Assembly: GCA_951406725.2 (NCBI GenBank)
Contig: OX597817.1
Coordinates: 106,144,001-106,208,000, forward strand
Direction: 5' to 3'
DNA length: 64,000 bases
From: Octopus vulgaris
Taxonomy: Eukaryota
The notes beneath the pieces were generated by a model, which worked only from the letters and a program-made list of their open reading frames with translations, was not told the origin of the DNA and ran no database searches. How positions within the stretch are numbered: the stretch's first letter is position 1; each line of letters opens with the position of its first letter. The position numbers were made by a program, and so were the translations under genes. Shown in pieces: positions 24,373 to 37,000 of this stretch.

Positions 24373-27240
24373 TCACTGGTCTTGCCGGGTCTTCTCACGC
24401 ACAGCATACTTCCATAGGTCTCGGTCTCTAGTCATTTCCTTGGTGAGACCTAAAGTTCGAAGGTCGTGCTTCACCACCTCGTCCCAGGTTTTCCTGGGTC
24501 TACCTCTTCCACAGGTTCCCTCAACTGCTAGAGTGTGGCACTTTTGCACACAACTATCTTCACCCATTCTCGTCACATGCCCATACCAGCGCAGACGTCT
24601 CTCTTGCACACCACAACTGATGCTTCTTAGGTTCAACTTTTCTCTCAAGGTACTTACACTCTGTCGATTATGAACACTGACATTACACATCCATCGGAGC
24701 ATACTGGCTTCATTTCTTGCGAGCTTACGCATATCCTCAGCAGTCACAGCCCATGTTTCACTACCATGTAGCATGGCTGTACGTGCACATGCATCATACA
24801 GTCTGCCTTTTACTCTGAGCGAGAGGCCTTTTGTCACCAGCAGAGGTAAGAGCTCCCTAAACTTTGCTCAGGCTATCCTTACTCTAGCCGTTACACTTTC
24901 AGCACACCCACCCCCACTACTGACTTGGTCACCAAGATAACAGAAGCTATCAACTACTTCTAGTTTTACCCCCTGGAAAGTGACGGAAGTTGTTTTCTGC
25001 AGACTTTCAGATGTTAATGCTCCCAAGCATCTGCCACATACAAAAACCATCTTCCTAGTTAGCCTTCCTTTGACATTGCTGCACCTCTTATGTGTCCATA
25101 GCTTACATTTGGTGCATCTTATAGAGTTTCTACCTACACCTTTTCTACAGATCGAGCAGGGCCATCTACCTGAAGGCATTTGTGATTGGTCTACCTTCCT
25201 ACTTATTACGACTTTGGTTTTAGCTAGATTGACTCTAAGGCCTTTCGATTCTAAACCTTGCTTCCACACCTGAAACTTCTCCTCCAGTTCTGATAGTGAC
25301 TCAGCAATTGGAGCAAGGTCATCAGCATAGAGGAGCTCCCAGGGGCATCCTGTCTTGAATTCCGTTATTGCCTGGAGGACTATGATAAATAGGAGGGGGC
25401 TGAGGACTGAGCCTTGGTGGACCCCTACCTCTACCCGGAATTCTTCACTGTACTCGTTGCCAACCCTCACCTTACTAGCCGCGTCCCTGTACATGGCTTG
25501 CATAGCTCTCACTAACCATTCATCTATCCCTAGTGTCCTCATTGACCACCAGATGAGGGATCGGGGGACCCTGTTGAAGGCTTTCTCCATGTCAACAAAA
25601 GCCAGGTACAGGGGCTTATCTTTGGCTAGGTATTTTTCCTGCAGCTGCCTTACCAGGAATATAGCATCAGTGGTACTTTTCCCTGGCATGAACCCAAACT
25701 GCATCTCATCTAAACTAACTCTCTCTCCAATTAGTTGGCTTATGACCCTCTTTGTAACCTTCATCACCTGATCCAACAGCTTGATACCTCTGTAATTATT
25801 TGTATCTAGGGCATCACCTTTACCTTTGTAGCAGTTGACTATTATGCTGCTACTCCTTCATGTATCACCTGATTAACTATACGGGTGACTAGGCTATATC
25901 CGACACTACCAGATATTTTGAGCATCTCTGCAGTGATACCTGATGGGCCTGGGGCTTTCCCTGTCTTCATGCTTCTAATTGCCTTAGCTACCAAGGAACT
26001 ATCAACCCTGATAGCTGGTCCCTCTGTTGGGTCAACATTCGGCAGACTCTCTTTATCCCATTCGTTTTCTTTATTCAGCAACCTTTCATAGTGGCGTCTC
26101 CAAGCCTCTCTCTTTGCATCCTCGTTTAGCAAGTGAACCATCTTCCATGCGAACACACTTCTCTCCTACCACATAACAATTCTCTCTCACACACTGTCTT
26201 GCAACGTGAAACACCTCCAGTCTTTGGTCCTCACGGCGCAGTACATTGGCAAATTTTTCCTTATCTGCTTCCCCTCTGGCTAGATAGACCTATTTCCTAG
26301 CTTCCCTTTTAGCAATCTGATACAATTCCCTGCTACCACCATTCTTCCAGTGCTTCCATGTCTGTCTCTTTTCTCTAATAGCCCTGTCTACAACACTGTT
26401 CCACCACCATGTTACCTTGGGACGGGAGGGGACTTTGCACCAGCCACAGATCTGGTCAGTGGCTCTCAGCAGGTTGTCCCTTAGAAACGTCCAGTTGCCC
26501 TCTACCCCATGTGATACTCTATCCCCTTCTACTTCGTCAAAGGCTTCAAGTAGCATGTCCCTAAATCTCTGTCCATTCGCAGGATCTTTAAGCTTCCAGA
26601 TCCTTCTTCTCCATGTTGGTCGTCTTCTGGTTGTCCTCCTAGTCCTGATCCTAAAGTCACTAACTACCAGTCTATGTTGTGGGGTACATTCTTCGCCTGG
26701 GAAGGTTTTGGCATTTATAAGTGGCCATCTCTCCCTTTGCCTGGCAAGGATGTAGTCAATTTGGCTGGTATGTTGGCCCGATCAGTAGGTGACTAGGTGG
26801 CTGGTAGGTTTCCTGAAGTTAGTGTTGCAAATCATAAGATTATTTGCATCGCAGAACTCCAGCAGCCTGGTTCCCTCCTCGTTGCGGGAACCAAAGCCAT
26901 AGCCTCCATGTACGCCATGGAAGCCCCCAGCATGTCGTCCAACGTGACCATTGAAGTCACCAGCCACAAAGAGAAGGTCTCTGTCATTCGTCAACGAGGT
27001 AGTCTGCAGTAGAGTGTCATAGAATCGGTCTTTCTGTCCATCAGGTAGCCCCGACTGAGGAGCATAGGCTGATATAATGGTTGCTAAACTATGATGAAGT
27101 GCTAATCTAATCTTAAGTATTCTGTCGCATACTCTGATTACCTCAATTACTTTATCTACCCATTTCTCAGCGATAAGTATACCCACGCCACCAACCCCAT
27201 CAGTGTTCCCTGCCCAGAAAATCTTGTACCTGTGTTCCTT
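24373..27240 (-). pseudogene. RTE ORF2 (endonuclease-reverse transcriptase), disrupted by stops, frameshifts and a small deletion near 25850
   Basis: ORF pieces 26782-27402, 26290-26556, 25842-26156, 24868-25776, 24373-24837. Confidence 0.9.
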
Positions 27241-27628
27241 GCCTGTGAGTATGTTCCTTGCCTGTGAGTGTGTTCCTTGCCTGTGAGTGTGTTCCTTGCC
27301 TATGTATATTTGTGTGCATGTATGTGTTTGTGCATGTGAGTTTTTCCCTCTATCTTTCAATACATATATATACACATGTACGAATATTATGTCCCCAAAC
27401 ACCTTTTCTCATTCCTTTTCCTTATATTTTCTTTTCTATCTTTCTTTTATGAAGGACTAGCATACAAGAATAGAAAAACAGTCAACAACTAATGAAGGGT
27501 CGTTTTTTGTGTTGTTATATTCGAGCATATATATATATGTGGTTATATTAGTATGTATATATATATATGTAACAACACAAAAAATTGATATGGCAATTTG
27601 CTGTATTTGACAAGATATGTCAAACTAA

Positions 27629-28023
27629 GGCACAGGAGTGGCTGTGTAGTAAGTAGGTTGCTTACCAACCACATGGTTCCGGGTTCAGTCCCACTGTTTG
27701 GCACTTTGGGCAAGTGTCTTTTACTATAGCCTCGGGCTGGCCAAAGCCTTGTGAGTGGATTTGGTAGACGGAAACTGAAAGAAGCCTGTCGTATATATAT
27801 ATGTGTGTGTTTGTTATTTGTGTCTGTGCTTGTACCCACCACCATCACTTGACAACCAATGTCGGTATGTTTACATTCTCATCACTTAGCAGTTGGCAAA
27901 AGAGACCGATAGAATAAGTAATAGGCTTGCAAAGAATAAGTCCTGGGATCGATTTGTTCGACTAAAAGTGGTGCTCCAGCATGGCCGCAGTCAAATGACT
28001 GAAACAAGTAAAAGAATAAAAGA
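27629..28023 (+). mobile_element. SINE family A
   Basis: Head, body and tail homology. Confidence 0.9.
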
Positions 28024-28442
28024 ATATATATCTATAGAAAATCAAAATAAGCAAAAGGATATCACTACTTGATATCTTGTTGCTTATTTCGATTTTCGGA
28101 CTGACTTGGTGCTTCAACTTAAGTACCTAATTCAACTGAATCTCAATTATATAAATATATATATATGTGTATATGTATATCTCTGGACAGGCTTTTCACT
28201 CTCAAACTGCATTATATTATTAAATATATTGTTCTGTATTTAACCAACTCTATGCATCTAATTGCTTTGCACTATAAATGGCTTTTCAAATGGCTTCAAG
28301 AAAGCTATAAACATGCAGCTCTGCGTGCAATATTTCTTACGGCAGAAACAGCTGTAAGCTAATGAGAGTGATTATGTAACACCTGTTCTTTTGTCATTTA
28401 TCAACACACACACACATACAATGCATGTGTATATTATGTATA

Positions 28443-28812
28443 GGCACAAGAGTGGCTGTGTGGTAAGTAGCTTGCTGACCAGCCACATGGTTCTGGGTTC
28501 AGTCCCACTGCATGGCATGTTGGGCAAGTGTCTTCTACTATAGTCTCGGGCTGACCAAAGCCTTGTGAGTGGATTTGGCAGATGGAAACTGAAAGAAGCC
28601 CGTCATATATATATGTGTATGTTTGTCCCCCTGCTACCATCGCTTAACAACCGATGATGGTGTGTTTATGTCCCTGTAACTTAGCAGTTTGGCAAAATAG
28701 ACTGATAGAATAAGTACTAGGCTTACAAAGAATAAGTCCTGGGGGTCAATTTGTTCGACTAAAGCTGGTACTCCAGGATGGCTGCAGTCAAATGACTGAC
28801 ACAAATAAAAGA
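28443..28812 (+). mobile_element. SINE family A
   Basis: Head, body and tail homology. Confidence 0.9.
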
Positions 28813-29066
28813 ATGTGTGTGCATGTATCATCATAAGTTAACATCCCTTTTTCCATTCCAGTTTGAGTTGGATGGATCAACAAGAGCCAGCAGACTGTGC
28901 CAACTTGCAATGTCTTGCTTTGTTGTGGTTTCTACAGTTTGGTATTCTTCCTAACATCTACCACTTTACAGTGTGTACTGTGTGCTTTTTTTTATGGTAC
29001 CAGTACTAGGGAAGTCCCCAAGTAACTTGCAAAACAAGAGCTTCTCAAGTAAGTTGGAGTATAGTA

Positions 29067-29558
29067 CAGTTCTATATTTAAGAGATGAAGAATTATTTAC
29101 ATTTGACGGATCCTCGTCCTCACCTTGCTCGCTGCTAACACAACGCTTCAGCCGATACACCCTCCAGTCCCCATCAGGTGTCTTGGGGAAACTTCAAACC
29201 TAGGTCCCCATTCCTAAGGTATTTTTCAATGTTGTTATTATTTACATTTGGATTAAGAGCGTGGGCTACTAACCTCAAGATTCCGAGTTTGATTCCAGGC
29301 AGTTACCTGAATAATAATGATGATGTCATTCCATCAACGTGTGGACGCTTGTTGCTCTCGTTCATACTTTACATTTAAATTTCTGTAATTTTGAATTTTT
29401 ATCACTTCTTATTTTGAACTTGACATACTGTTGAAATATCATACTGTTTGACAGACATACTGTTTGACATATCATACTGTTTGACAGACATACTGTTGAA
29501 ATATCATTCAACTAATAAAATATCTTACAATCGAATCGCGCTCTTTGTTTTAATAATG

Positions 29559-29613
<55 letters not shown>

Positions 29614-29758
29614 CAACAACATCGAAAAATACCTTAGGAATGAGAACCCAGGTTCGAAACCTCCCCAAAACAGCCGATGAAGGCTGGAGAGTACATCAGC
29701 TGAACCACTGCGTTAACAACAAACAAGATGAGGACAAACATCCATCAAATGTAAATAA
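29067..29758 (-). mobile_element. Hairpin retro-insertion: inverted hammerhead-bearing arms, tRNA-like head in loop, 13-bp TSD
   Basis: TSD TTGGAGTATAGTA at 29054-29066 and 29759-29771; arms 29091-29236 and 29615-29760 are ungapped inverted repeats; B-box-like GAGTTTGATTCC at ~29285. Confidence 0.85.
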
Positions 29759-30089
29759 TTGGAGTATAGTATTAAGAAAGGTGAAAGTATGATAAATGGA
29801 CAAGAACAGGTAGTTTACAAAAGGGGGGGATTAGAAATTAGCAAAGTAAAATTCTGAAAAATATTTGCTGATCCTACCTGCCACTTTTGTGGTACCATCA
29901 GAGAAACGATTAACTGACCTCGTCTCTGGCTGTTTTGTGTCAGCCTCAACTGAGTGAACCAATTGCCATGATAGGCTTAATGAGTGTTTGCACTGGGTCA
30001 CATGCTGTAATTCTGGACTCGGAAAAAATTATTGGTAACTGAGCAATCATAATTTCAATTTTTATTGAAATCATTGTCAGATTCAATAA

Positions 30090-30300
30090 AGCTCTGAGTA
30101 GCAAACAGGTAGAATTGGTAGAGCATCATAAAAATAGTATTTGTTCCTTCTCTTTACTTTCTGAGTTCAAATCCCACCAAGGTCAACTTTACATTTCATC
30201 CTACCCCTCTGCAGCTAATAAAATATACCAGTCAAACACTGGGACAAATGGTATCAACTAATCTCCTCCTCCTCCTCTAGAAGCTACTGGCTTGGTGCTT
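30090..30300 (+). mobile_element. SINE family B, old
   Basis: GAGTTCAAATCCCACCAAGGTCAACTTTACATTTCATCC..ACCAGTCAAACACTGGG. Confidence 0.7.
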
Positions 30301-30323
30301 CTGATGGACAATGCCTTGTTTAA

Positions 30324-30545
30324 CCCTTTAGCATTTGCATTATTCTGTCAAAAGTAATGTTTCTTTATTCACATTGTTTTAAATTAATCATGCATTATCG
30401 TGTAGCTATGATATTTTGATATAAGGTACCTGTTAATTTTTAGAATGATATTGTAGGGTTGGTTTGAGAAGCCAGAACTGGTCAATTTGATCATAAAACA
30501 GGCAGAACATTTTGGCTGGATATTGCCAGCTTAAATGCTAAATGG
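30324..30545. mobile_element. piggyBac-like MITE
   Basis: TTAA|CCCTTTAGCATTT ... AAATGCTAAATGG|TTCA: CCC-starting TIR with TTAA-like TSD. Confidence 0.6.
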
Positions 30546-30842
30546 TTCAGGTATTGATCATGTAGCTGTCATCCTATGTTTATAATCAAACCTAAACACA
30601 TAGGATTCCTTTAAGGAATCCATATAATTGTAAACCACAAAATAAATGGATATATTTTCATATATCTCATTCCTATAAAGAATGCATAATAGTTGTAAAC
30701 TTCAAAATAGATAAGTATGTTTTCATGCATAACATTTACTCACTCATTTATCAATGTAATATCATTTATGTATATATATATATATAATTACTTCAGAAAG
30801 TGGCAAGTGGAAATACCATTAATGGGAAGAAAGTGTTTGTAT

Positions 30843-31060
30843 AAAGTGTGATATTTGATAAAGTAATGCAGCATGGGATTGTTTCTGTCATTTCACTGAA
30901 CCCGGTGTTTCTATTAAGATAAGTATGGTATTTAATAAAGTAATGCAGTAGGGAATATTTCAACTGTCATTTTATTGAACCCACTATTTATATTAAGTAT
31001 GTTATTTGGTAATGTAATGCTATATGAACTCTTTTTAACTGCTGTTTCTCGGAACCATGG
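30843..31060. repeat. Degenerate ~75-bp tandem repeat, ~3 copies
   Basis: AAGT.TG.TATTT.ATAAAGTAATGCAG..CTGTCATTT..TGAACCC repeated. Confidence 0.6.
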
Positions 31061-31204
31061 GAATTTTATTTTGTAACATTTTTTTTGTTTTTCATTATTT
31101 GTTGTATCATTTAACTGAACTTTTTTTAATGCATTATTTCAGTTACATGAAAGATTTCTAACAATCCTTGTGATTGCTTCAAAATTTCTACATATAACAA
31201 TATT

Positions 31205-31410
31205 GTCTGGCAGAATCATTTGAGCATTGGAAAAATGCCTTCCACTATTTGTTCCAGTTCTTTTTATGTTCTTAGTTTAAACCTTGTTGAAGTCAGCTTT
31301 GTCTTTCATCCCTCGAAGGTTGATAAAATAAAATAGCAGTCAATGTTCTGAAGTTGATATAACCAACTTCCTTCCCTCAAAACTGCTGGCCTTGTGCCTG
31401 TAATAGAAAC
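31205..31410 (+). mobile_element. SINE family B, old
   Basis: CTGGCAGAATC..GTCTTTCATCCCTCGAAGGTTGATAAAATAAAATAGCAG. Confidence 0.7.
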
Positions 31411-31733
31411 ACTTACTGTTGACACTCTTATCTCAATAAAATATATCCATTACAGTTCAGAGTATCAAAATCTATAGAATATCCAACAGTGAGCCAAACA
31501 ACGCTAAAAAATCCATAGCAAATATATTATAGACTGTATTATTTTAACAAATATGTTATAGACTTTATATTTTAACAAAGTTGACTTCTTGCTTTAGCTC
31601 AAGGTTAGTTTTGTCACTGTCTTAGTGCTGATAAGTTATATGATAAAGGTTGGGATATATTTGAGAAAGGATATGGTTGTATTGATGTTAATTATTGTTA
31701 GATCAGCCTTGATTCAGTTGGCCAATGATCATC

Positions 31734-32040
31734 TATCTATATAAAACTGAGAATGTGTCTGTCTGTGTGTTTGTATGTGCACATCACTAAAACTCAAGAA
31801 CTACCCAACCGATTTCATTCAAATTTTTACACATGCCTTACTTAGGGTCTACTGCAGTGTTCACCTTCTTGCCTAGTGCGAGTTCAGAACAATCTCTCAT
31901 CTCTTACGCTGTTTCCATATTACATGACAAAAGTGAAACAATAATGTCTCTATTAATACTTTCACTATTATATGGTTTCAATTCCAATTACTTTCATTAT
32001 GTATCTATATATATTAGTTTCATTTCTATTACTTTCAATA
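31734..32040 (+). mobile_element. Non-autonomous Helitron-like 5' end
   Basis: TCTATCTATATAAAACTGAGAATGTGTCTGTCTG..CCAACCGATTTCATTCAAATTTT, typical of Helitron/Helentron non-autonomous 5' regions; 3' hairpin-CTAG not found. Confidence 0.5.
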
Positions 32041-32097
32041 TGTATTTATATACGTTTGCATATGTATGTATATATGTGTGTGTGTGTGTGTGTGTAT

Positions 32098-33051
32098 TGT
32101 TACGAACCTGCCGTCGCTCGAACTCAGGACCCTAAGTCGAGCGACGACGACGACCACGCTCAGTCAAACGGGAACCTGCCACAGAAAACGGTTGTAGAGA
32201 TGGCCGGAGACAACAACAACATCAGGAAGAGAGAGACACAACGGAAGGCAGTTGCTTACATTTAACAACAGTTTATACAATTGTTACAACATCAAATAAA
32301 ACGTAATACATATCAGATACATTAAAGAAAATACAGAATTAAAAAGAAAAACAACAATCAATGCATGCACGATACAAAACGTCCGAAAACAATCCAAACA
32401 AATGTTCAACGCAATACAGAGTTCGAAACAGTTCAAATTAAAGTCTTTCTCTTCCCTTCAACGATTCTTTTTTTTTTCTCTGACACAATAGATTACAGTT
32501 TACGTCACAATGTTCTTTTTCCTTTTTTTTTTTTCAGCACAGTTCACAAGTTCTTTTCTCTTCTTTTTCCTTCTCTTGTTTTACAGTTCGTTTTACACAG
32601 CATCCAAAATTCAACAACGAAAACATAAACAAAACATTACCATACGTTTTCTAGTCTGCAACACTCCCTGAATCATCACAAAAACTCCCACTATATCAGA
32701 CCGAGTTCAAAATGTCTCTCGCTTGTCATCCTTGTCGCTGCCTCTCTCGACTGCACCTCTCATGCCAAACTAACCTGTTGCCAACTTACTGTGTCAGGCA
32801 AAACTGACCAACCCAGGCCAACTCTCTCTCGCCAACTGACCAACAAACCCCAGCTCGCCGCATTTTAAAGGGTGGTAGATTTATTTCTTTGTTAAACTTT
32901 CCCTAACCGTGGGAATCAAAATGTCACTTCCTAACTCATTAATTTTCCCTACAAATGACAGAACAAAGCCAAAATAACCTGTCTCCCTAGTCCATCTGGC
33001 ACCAAACCACGAAATTGGTTCACAGCACTTTTTCTCCGACTGACCTCGTAT

Positions 33052-33053
<2 letters not shown>
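32098..33053. mobile_element. Solo LTR (956 bp)
   Basis: TGTTACG...CGTATCA termini (TG..CA with short inverted ends), CpG-rich, flanked by GTAT/ATAT in a microsatellite; no internal ORFs. Confidence 0.6.
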
Positions 33054-33109
<56 letters not shown>

Positions 33110-33285
33110 CAAGAAAGTTAGAGGTTGTGAATCCAACCAACTAAGGGATAATATCTATCCAATATACTGTTGGTAGAATACCCAATTATTAATACACAAG
33201 TGTTTTTATTGCATTGTAATTACATTACCGAGTGTAATAATAAATGGGTGAGGGTAAAGAGTTATTTTACCATTAATTTATAGAT

Positions 33286-33592
33286 CAATAAGAAAATGGA
33301 GGGGATCAATAGGTGGTATTCATCAACTTTTAGACATTATATTATATCAATTTATTTATTTACTAAAAGGACAATTATAACAATATACATACATGTATAA
33401 CATATTATGCTTTACATATATAATATATATACTGATATTTTTATATTTCATATATTATATATGTAAAGCATAATATGTTATACATGAATGTATATTGTTA
33501 TAATTGTCCCTTTAGTAAATATATAAATTGACATAATATAATATCTAAAAGTTGATGAATACCACCTACTGATCCCCTCCGTTTTCTTATTG
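33286..33592. repeat. Long palindrome, 143-bp arms with ~21-nt spacer
   Basis: 33286-33428 vs RC of 33450-33592: ~7 mismatches. Confidence 0.9.
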
Positions 33593-33628
<36 letters not shown>

Positions 33629-34053
33629 TGAAGTATATTTGCCACCTAAATGTGGCAGGCCCATATGGGACGATGCTACTGTAGTTTATAGGCCCAGGAA
33701 GACATCTCCTCCAGCTGGTTAACAACACACTGTCTGTGCCTGATCAGTATTTGCGAAAGAAAATCATCCTTCCCATCTCTAGCCTGACGTGATACATATG
33801 GATCCGGGTTTCTGAATAGTAACCCGTCATCAGTATGTGACAATCACCAGCTAGGGATTGATTATTTATTATGATCATGTAGATCGAACATAAACAGGAC
33901 AGCACAGGAGATTACAAAACATAAAGATTATGAGTTCATTTGCAATAAGCAAATGATGTATTTACAATGAATGTATTTACAATTTTAATGAAAAAACTTT
34001 TTATATTTTGGCCAGGGAATCCACCGGCTACACCATACGGATTTACTGTGTAT

Positions 34054-37000
34054 TTAAGCAGGGTCTCTCACACCCAACTTCCTCACCACATCTTTCCATC
34101 TTTTCTCATATATGCTTTGTGACGGGCATCCTCTCTCCAGCCCCAACTTGCTCTTCAGATAATATCTGAAGTAGTAGAGCAAACCAGGGCCAGAGATAAA
34201 GGTTCCCATCGTGACTCCTTTCATTTTCGTTTTCCATATACACTCTTTCAGAACCACAACTGTGCATAACAAACTGGCCTCCCCTTCTTTTGACAGTCCG
34301 GGTGGTGGTACAATCTTAATCATACGCTCAGCTGGTAGCTGTATTCTTCGTAAATGCAACAGCACATGTTCCGCATAAACTATCATGCCTGAAATTTCCG
34401 GACAGTGAACAAGGGCATGTGGAACAGTTTCCTCATCCTGCCCGCACCTTGGGCAAGCTGGTGGTACAGACATGCCGTGTCTGGACAGCTTATCACGAAC
34501 AGGTAAAGTGTTCCTATAGGACTGCCAGGATTTCTGGTAGTTATCTAAGTAACCTGATCCGAAAGTTCTTTTAAACAGGTTGGTGAGCTGGTCTTCATCA
34601 AGTCCCAGAGCTTCTCCCAGGACATCATCCCTTTTGGACTCTACCAGCCCACTATAGAGTACTGAGGTGGTATTCCTGCTGCCAGCCTTACTCGCCTTGT
34701 GGATTAGCATGAGTGCCTATCAGCATTCTTTTTACCACTCTGTCAGATTGCGCCTTTTCACAAAACAGGATTTAAATTCCTCCAAGGAAACCAGTCGCAG
34801 AAAGAACATTTCTGCCAGCGAATTCCATACCTGGTCACCTTCCAGGTAGAGTGAGACATGCCTCAGCCTAGAGCCTCCACCCTGCCTGCCACTTCCAATT
34901 CTTCTCTGTTTGGGAGTCTGGTCTAAACCAGACTCCAAGCAACTTAATAGGACTTTCCATCCAGTGTCCCATGACATTGGATGGTATTGGCTTACCACTC
35001 CAGGTACCGAGCCACAAGCCAACGGACTTGTCCTTGTTAATTTTTGCCTCTTCCACCGTCTCATAACCTTTGATTGCCTCCTCTACACGAGGTAGCTGAG
35101 TCTCATCAGTTACGGTGATGGTGACGTCATCCGTGTAAGCAGAAACGCACTTACCACATCCCAGTTCATTGGGGATACCCCCACAAATTCTCCAGTTTGT
35201 GCAGCAATGGCTCCAGAGCCAGTACATACAGAAGTGGAGAGAGGGAACACCCATGACAAACGGAGCACTCAATCTTAAATGGCACTGACAGGTAACCATT
35301 TATCTGAACCATAGATTCAATGCCACCATAAATGGCGGTGATCCAGCCACAGAAGTCTGGGCCCAGCTCCAGAAGTCTGGGCCCAGCCCAGCTGCTTTGA
35401 GGACCACCACTAGATACTGGTAGTCTACCCTGTCAAATGCTTAACTTTGCTCTAAATGGACCAGTGCCCCACCTTTACCAGATAACTTACCCACCCTGTC
35501 TAAGGTGTAGCACAGGAGATGGAGATTGTCCTGGATCAACCTGCCTGGAATGATACATGTCTGCACCTTCCCGACAAGTTTCTCCATGACATGTGCCAAT
35601 CTCTTAGCTAGCACCTTGGCCAAAATCTTTAACTCTACATTAAGGGCCTAATATTACTGATATGGTCCCCCTTGCTCAGGTCTTTTCTGATTAACGTCAC
35701 CACTCCCTGACTCACAGAGCTGGAATCCTCCCATTCTGCTACCAGTTGGTTTAGACGCAGGCCAGCAAAGTGCATGAACAAGTCTGGCATACTACAATAA
35801 AATTCATAGGATAAACCGTCCAGCCCAAGCAACTTGTCCCCGGCACACTCAGACAGTACCTCTTCCACCTCCACAGCCGTAATCGGCCCTTCCCTGCATT
35901 CCACCTCTCATGCCTAGAGTCACGGTCCACTGGCAAGGAAGTCCCTTAGGGGCTGCCCATAGTCCAGTTGGTCGATCCTGCCAAACAGCCAGGCAAAATG
36001 CTGGTGAAAAGCCTTTCTCATCTCCTCCTATCCTTCTATCGAATGCCCCTGTTCATCTCATCTGTTAAAAACTTAATTGAGGCTTCTCTACCTCTGTGAC
36101 TCTCCACACAATGTGCCCATCCGACAGCATTCATACCTTCCCTTCGCAGCCCATGAAGTTAAGCTCTGACCCTACATCCTTCATGTTTGGCTTTGAGATG
36201 ACAGTACAAAACCTCTCTCACCACCAACACTCTAGATGCAGAGCCAGACTCCATGGCCTCGTCTAGTTCCTTAGTTAACGTCCTTTTTATCCTAGTTTTA
36301 TCTAGACTTAACTGCTTGCTAAATCTGATTGACTCAGAATGAATGACTCATTTGAGGGTGCACCACCACTTATTATTGATAATGGCACCTGTTAGTGCCC
36401 TCTGCACTAACTCCTTAACCCAAGCACTGAAGGATTTACAAGTCAAAATAGACTTGTTCATGTTCCAGTACACAGGCCCCTGTCTATGACACTTACCTAG
36501 GTACACCCTGCATGTCACGAACTTGTGATCTGTGTAGGGAACACAACAGAAGCGTGGACAACTAACAGTATGCCTATCTCTATCTCTAACAATAATCCTA
36601 AGTAAGATCTGAATGAACCATCATTATTAGACCACGTCCACTGTGGAATGAGTGGCTCATCCAGTCTGTACTGGTCCACTATATTATAGCACTCTAGCAA
36701 CCTTTTGAGGTCAGGACTTCCCCTTCTATCTGCCAGGCCAACACCATCCACCTGTGCTTCGAGAAAAGTGTTAAAGTCTCCTAGTACAACTAGACTTTTA
36801 GACGTCACTAAGAAACTCTCCAGGATCCAGTAAAAAGTAGCCTGCCTACATTTGTTTGGAGCGTAGACAGCTACCAACCTGAAGGACTGTTTACTCGCAT
36901 GTGTCACATCGTGAGCGACCAACCTACCTTCTGAGTCTAGAAAGACTGCACTTACTTGCATGTCCAAGTTTTTTCTGAATAGGACCACCACGCCTCACAC

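Larger units (their letters stand above)
23784..27300 (-). mobile_element. 5'-truncated RTE-clade LINE (APE + RT + inserted PHD finger) with (TGA)n tail
   Basis: APE motifs (SAYAPQ, AGDFNGHVG, IDYIL, QHRLVV), RT motifs (QFGFMPGKSTTDAIF, GVHQGSVLSPLLF, LLYADDL), RTE C-terminus (RRLRWYGHV..GRGRPRKTW). Confidence 0.95.
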
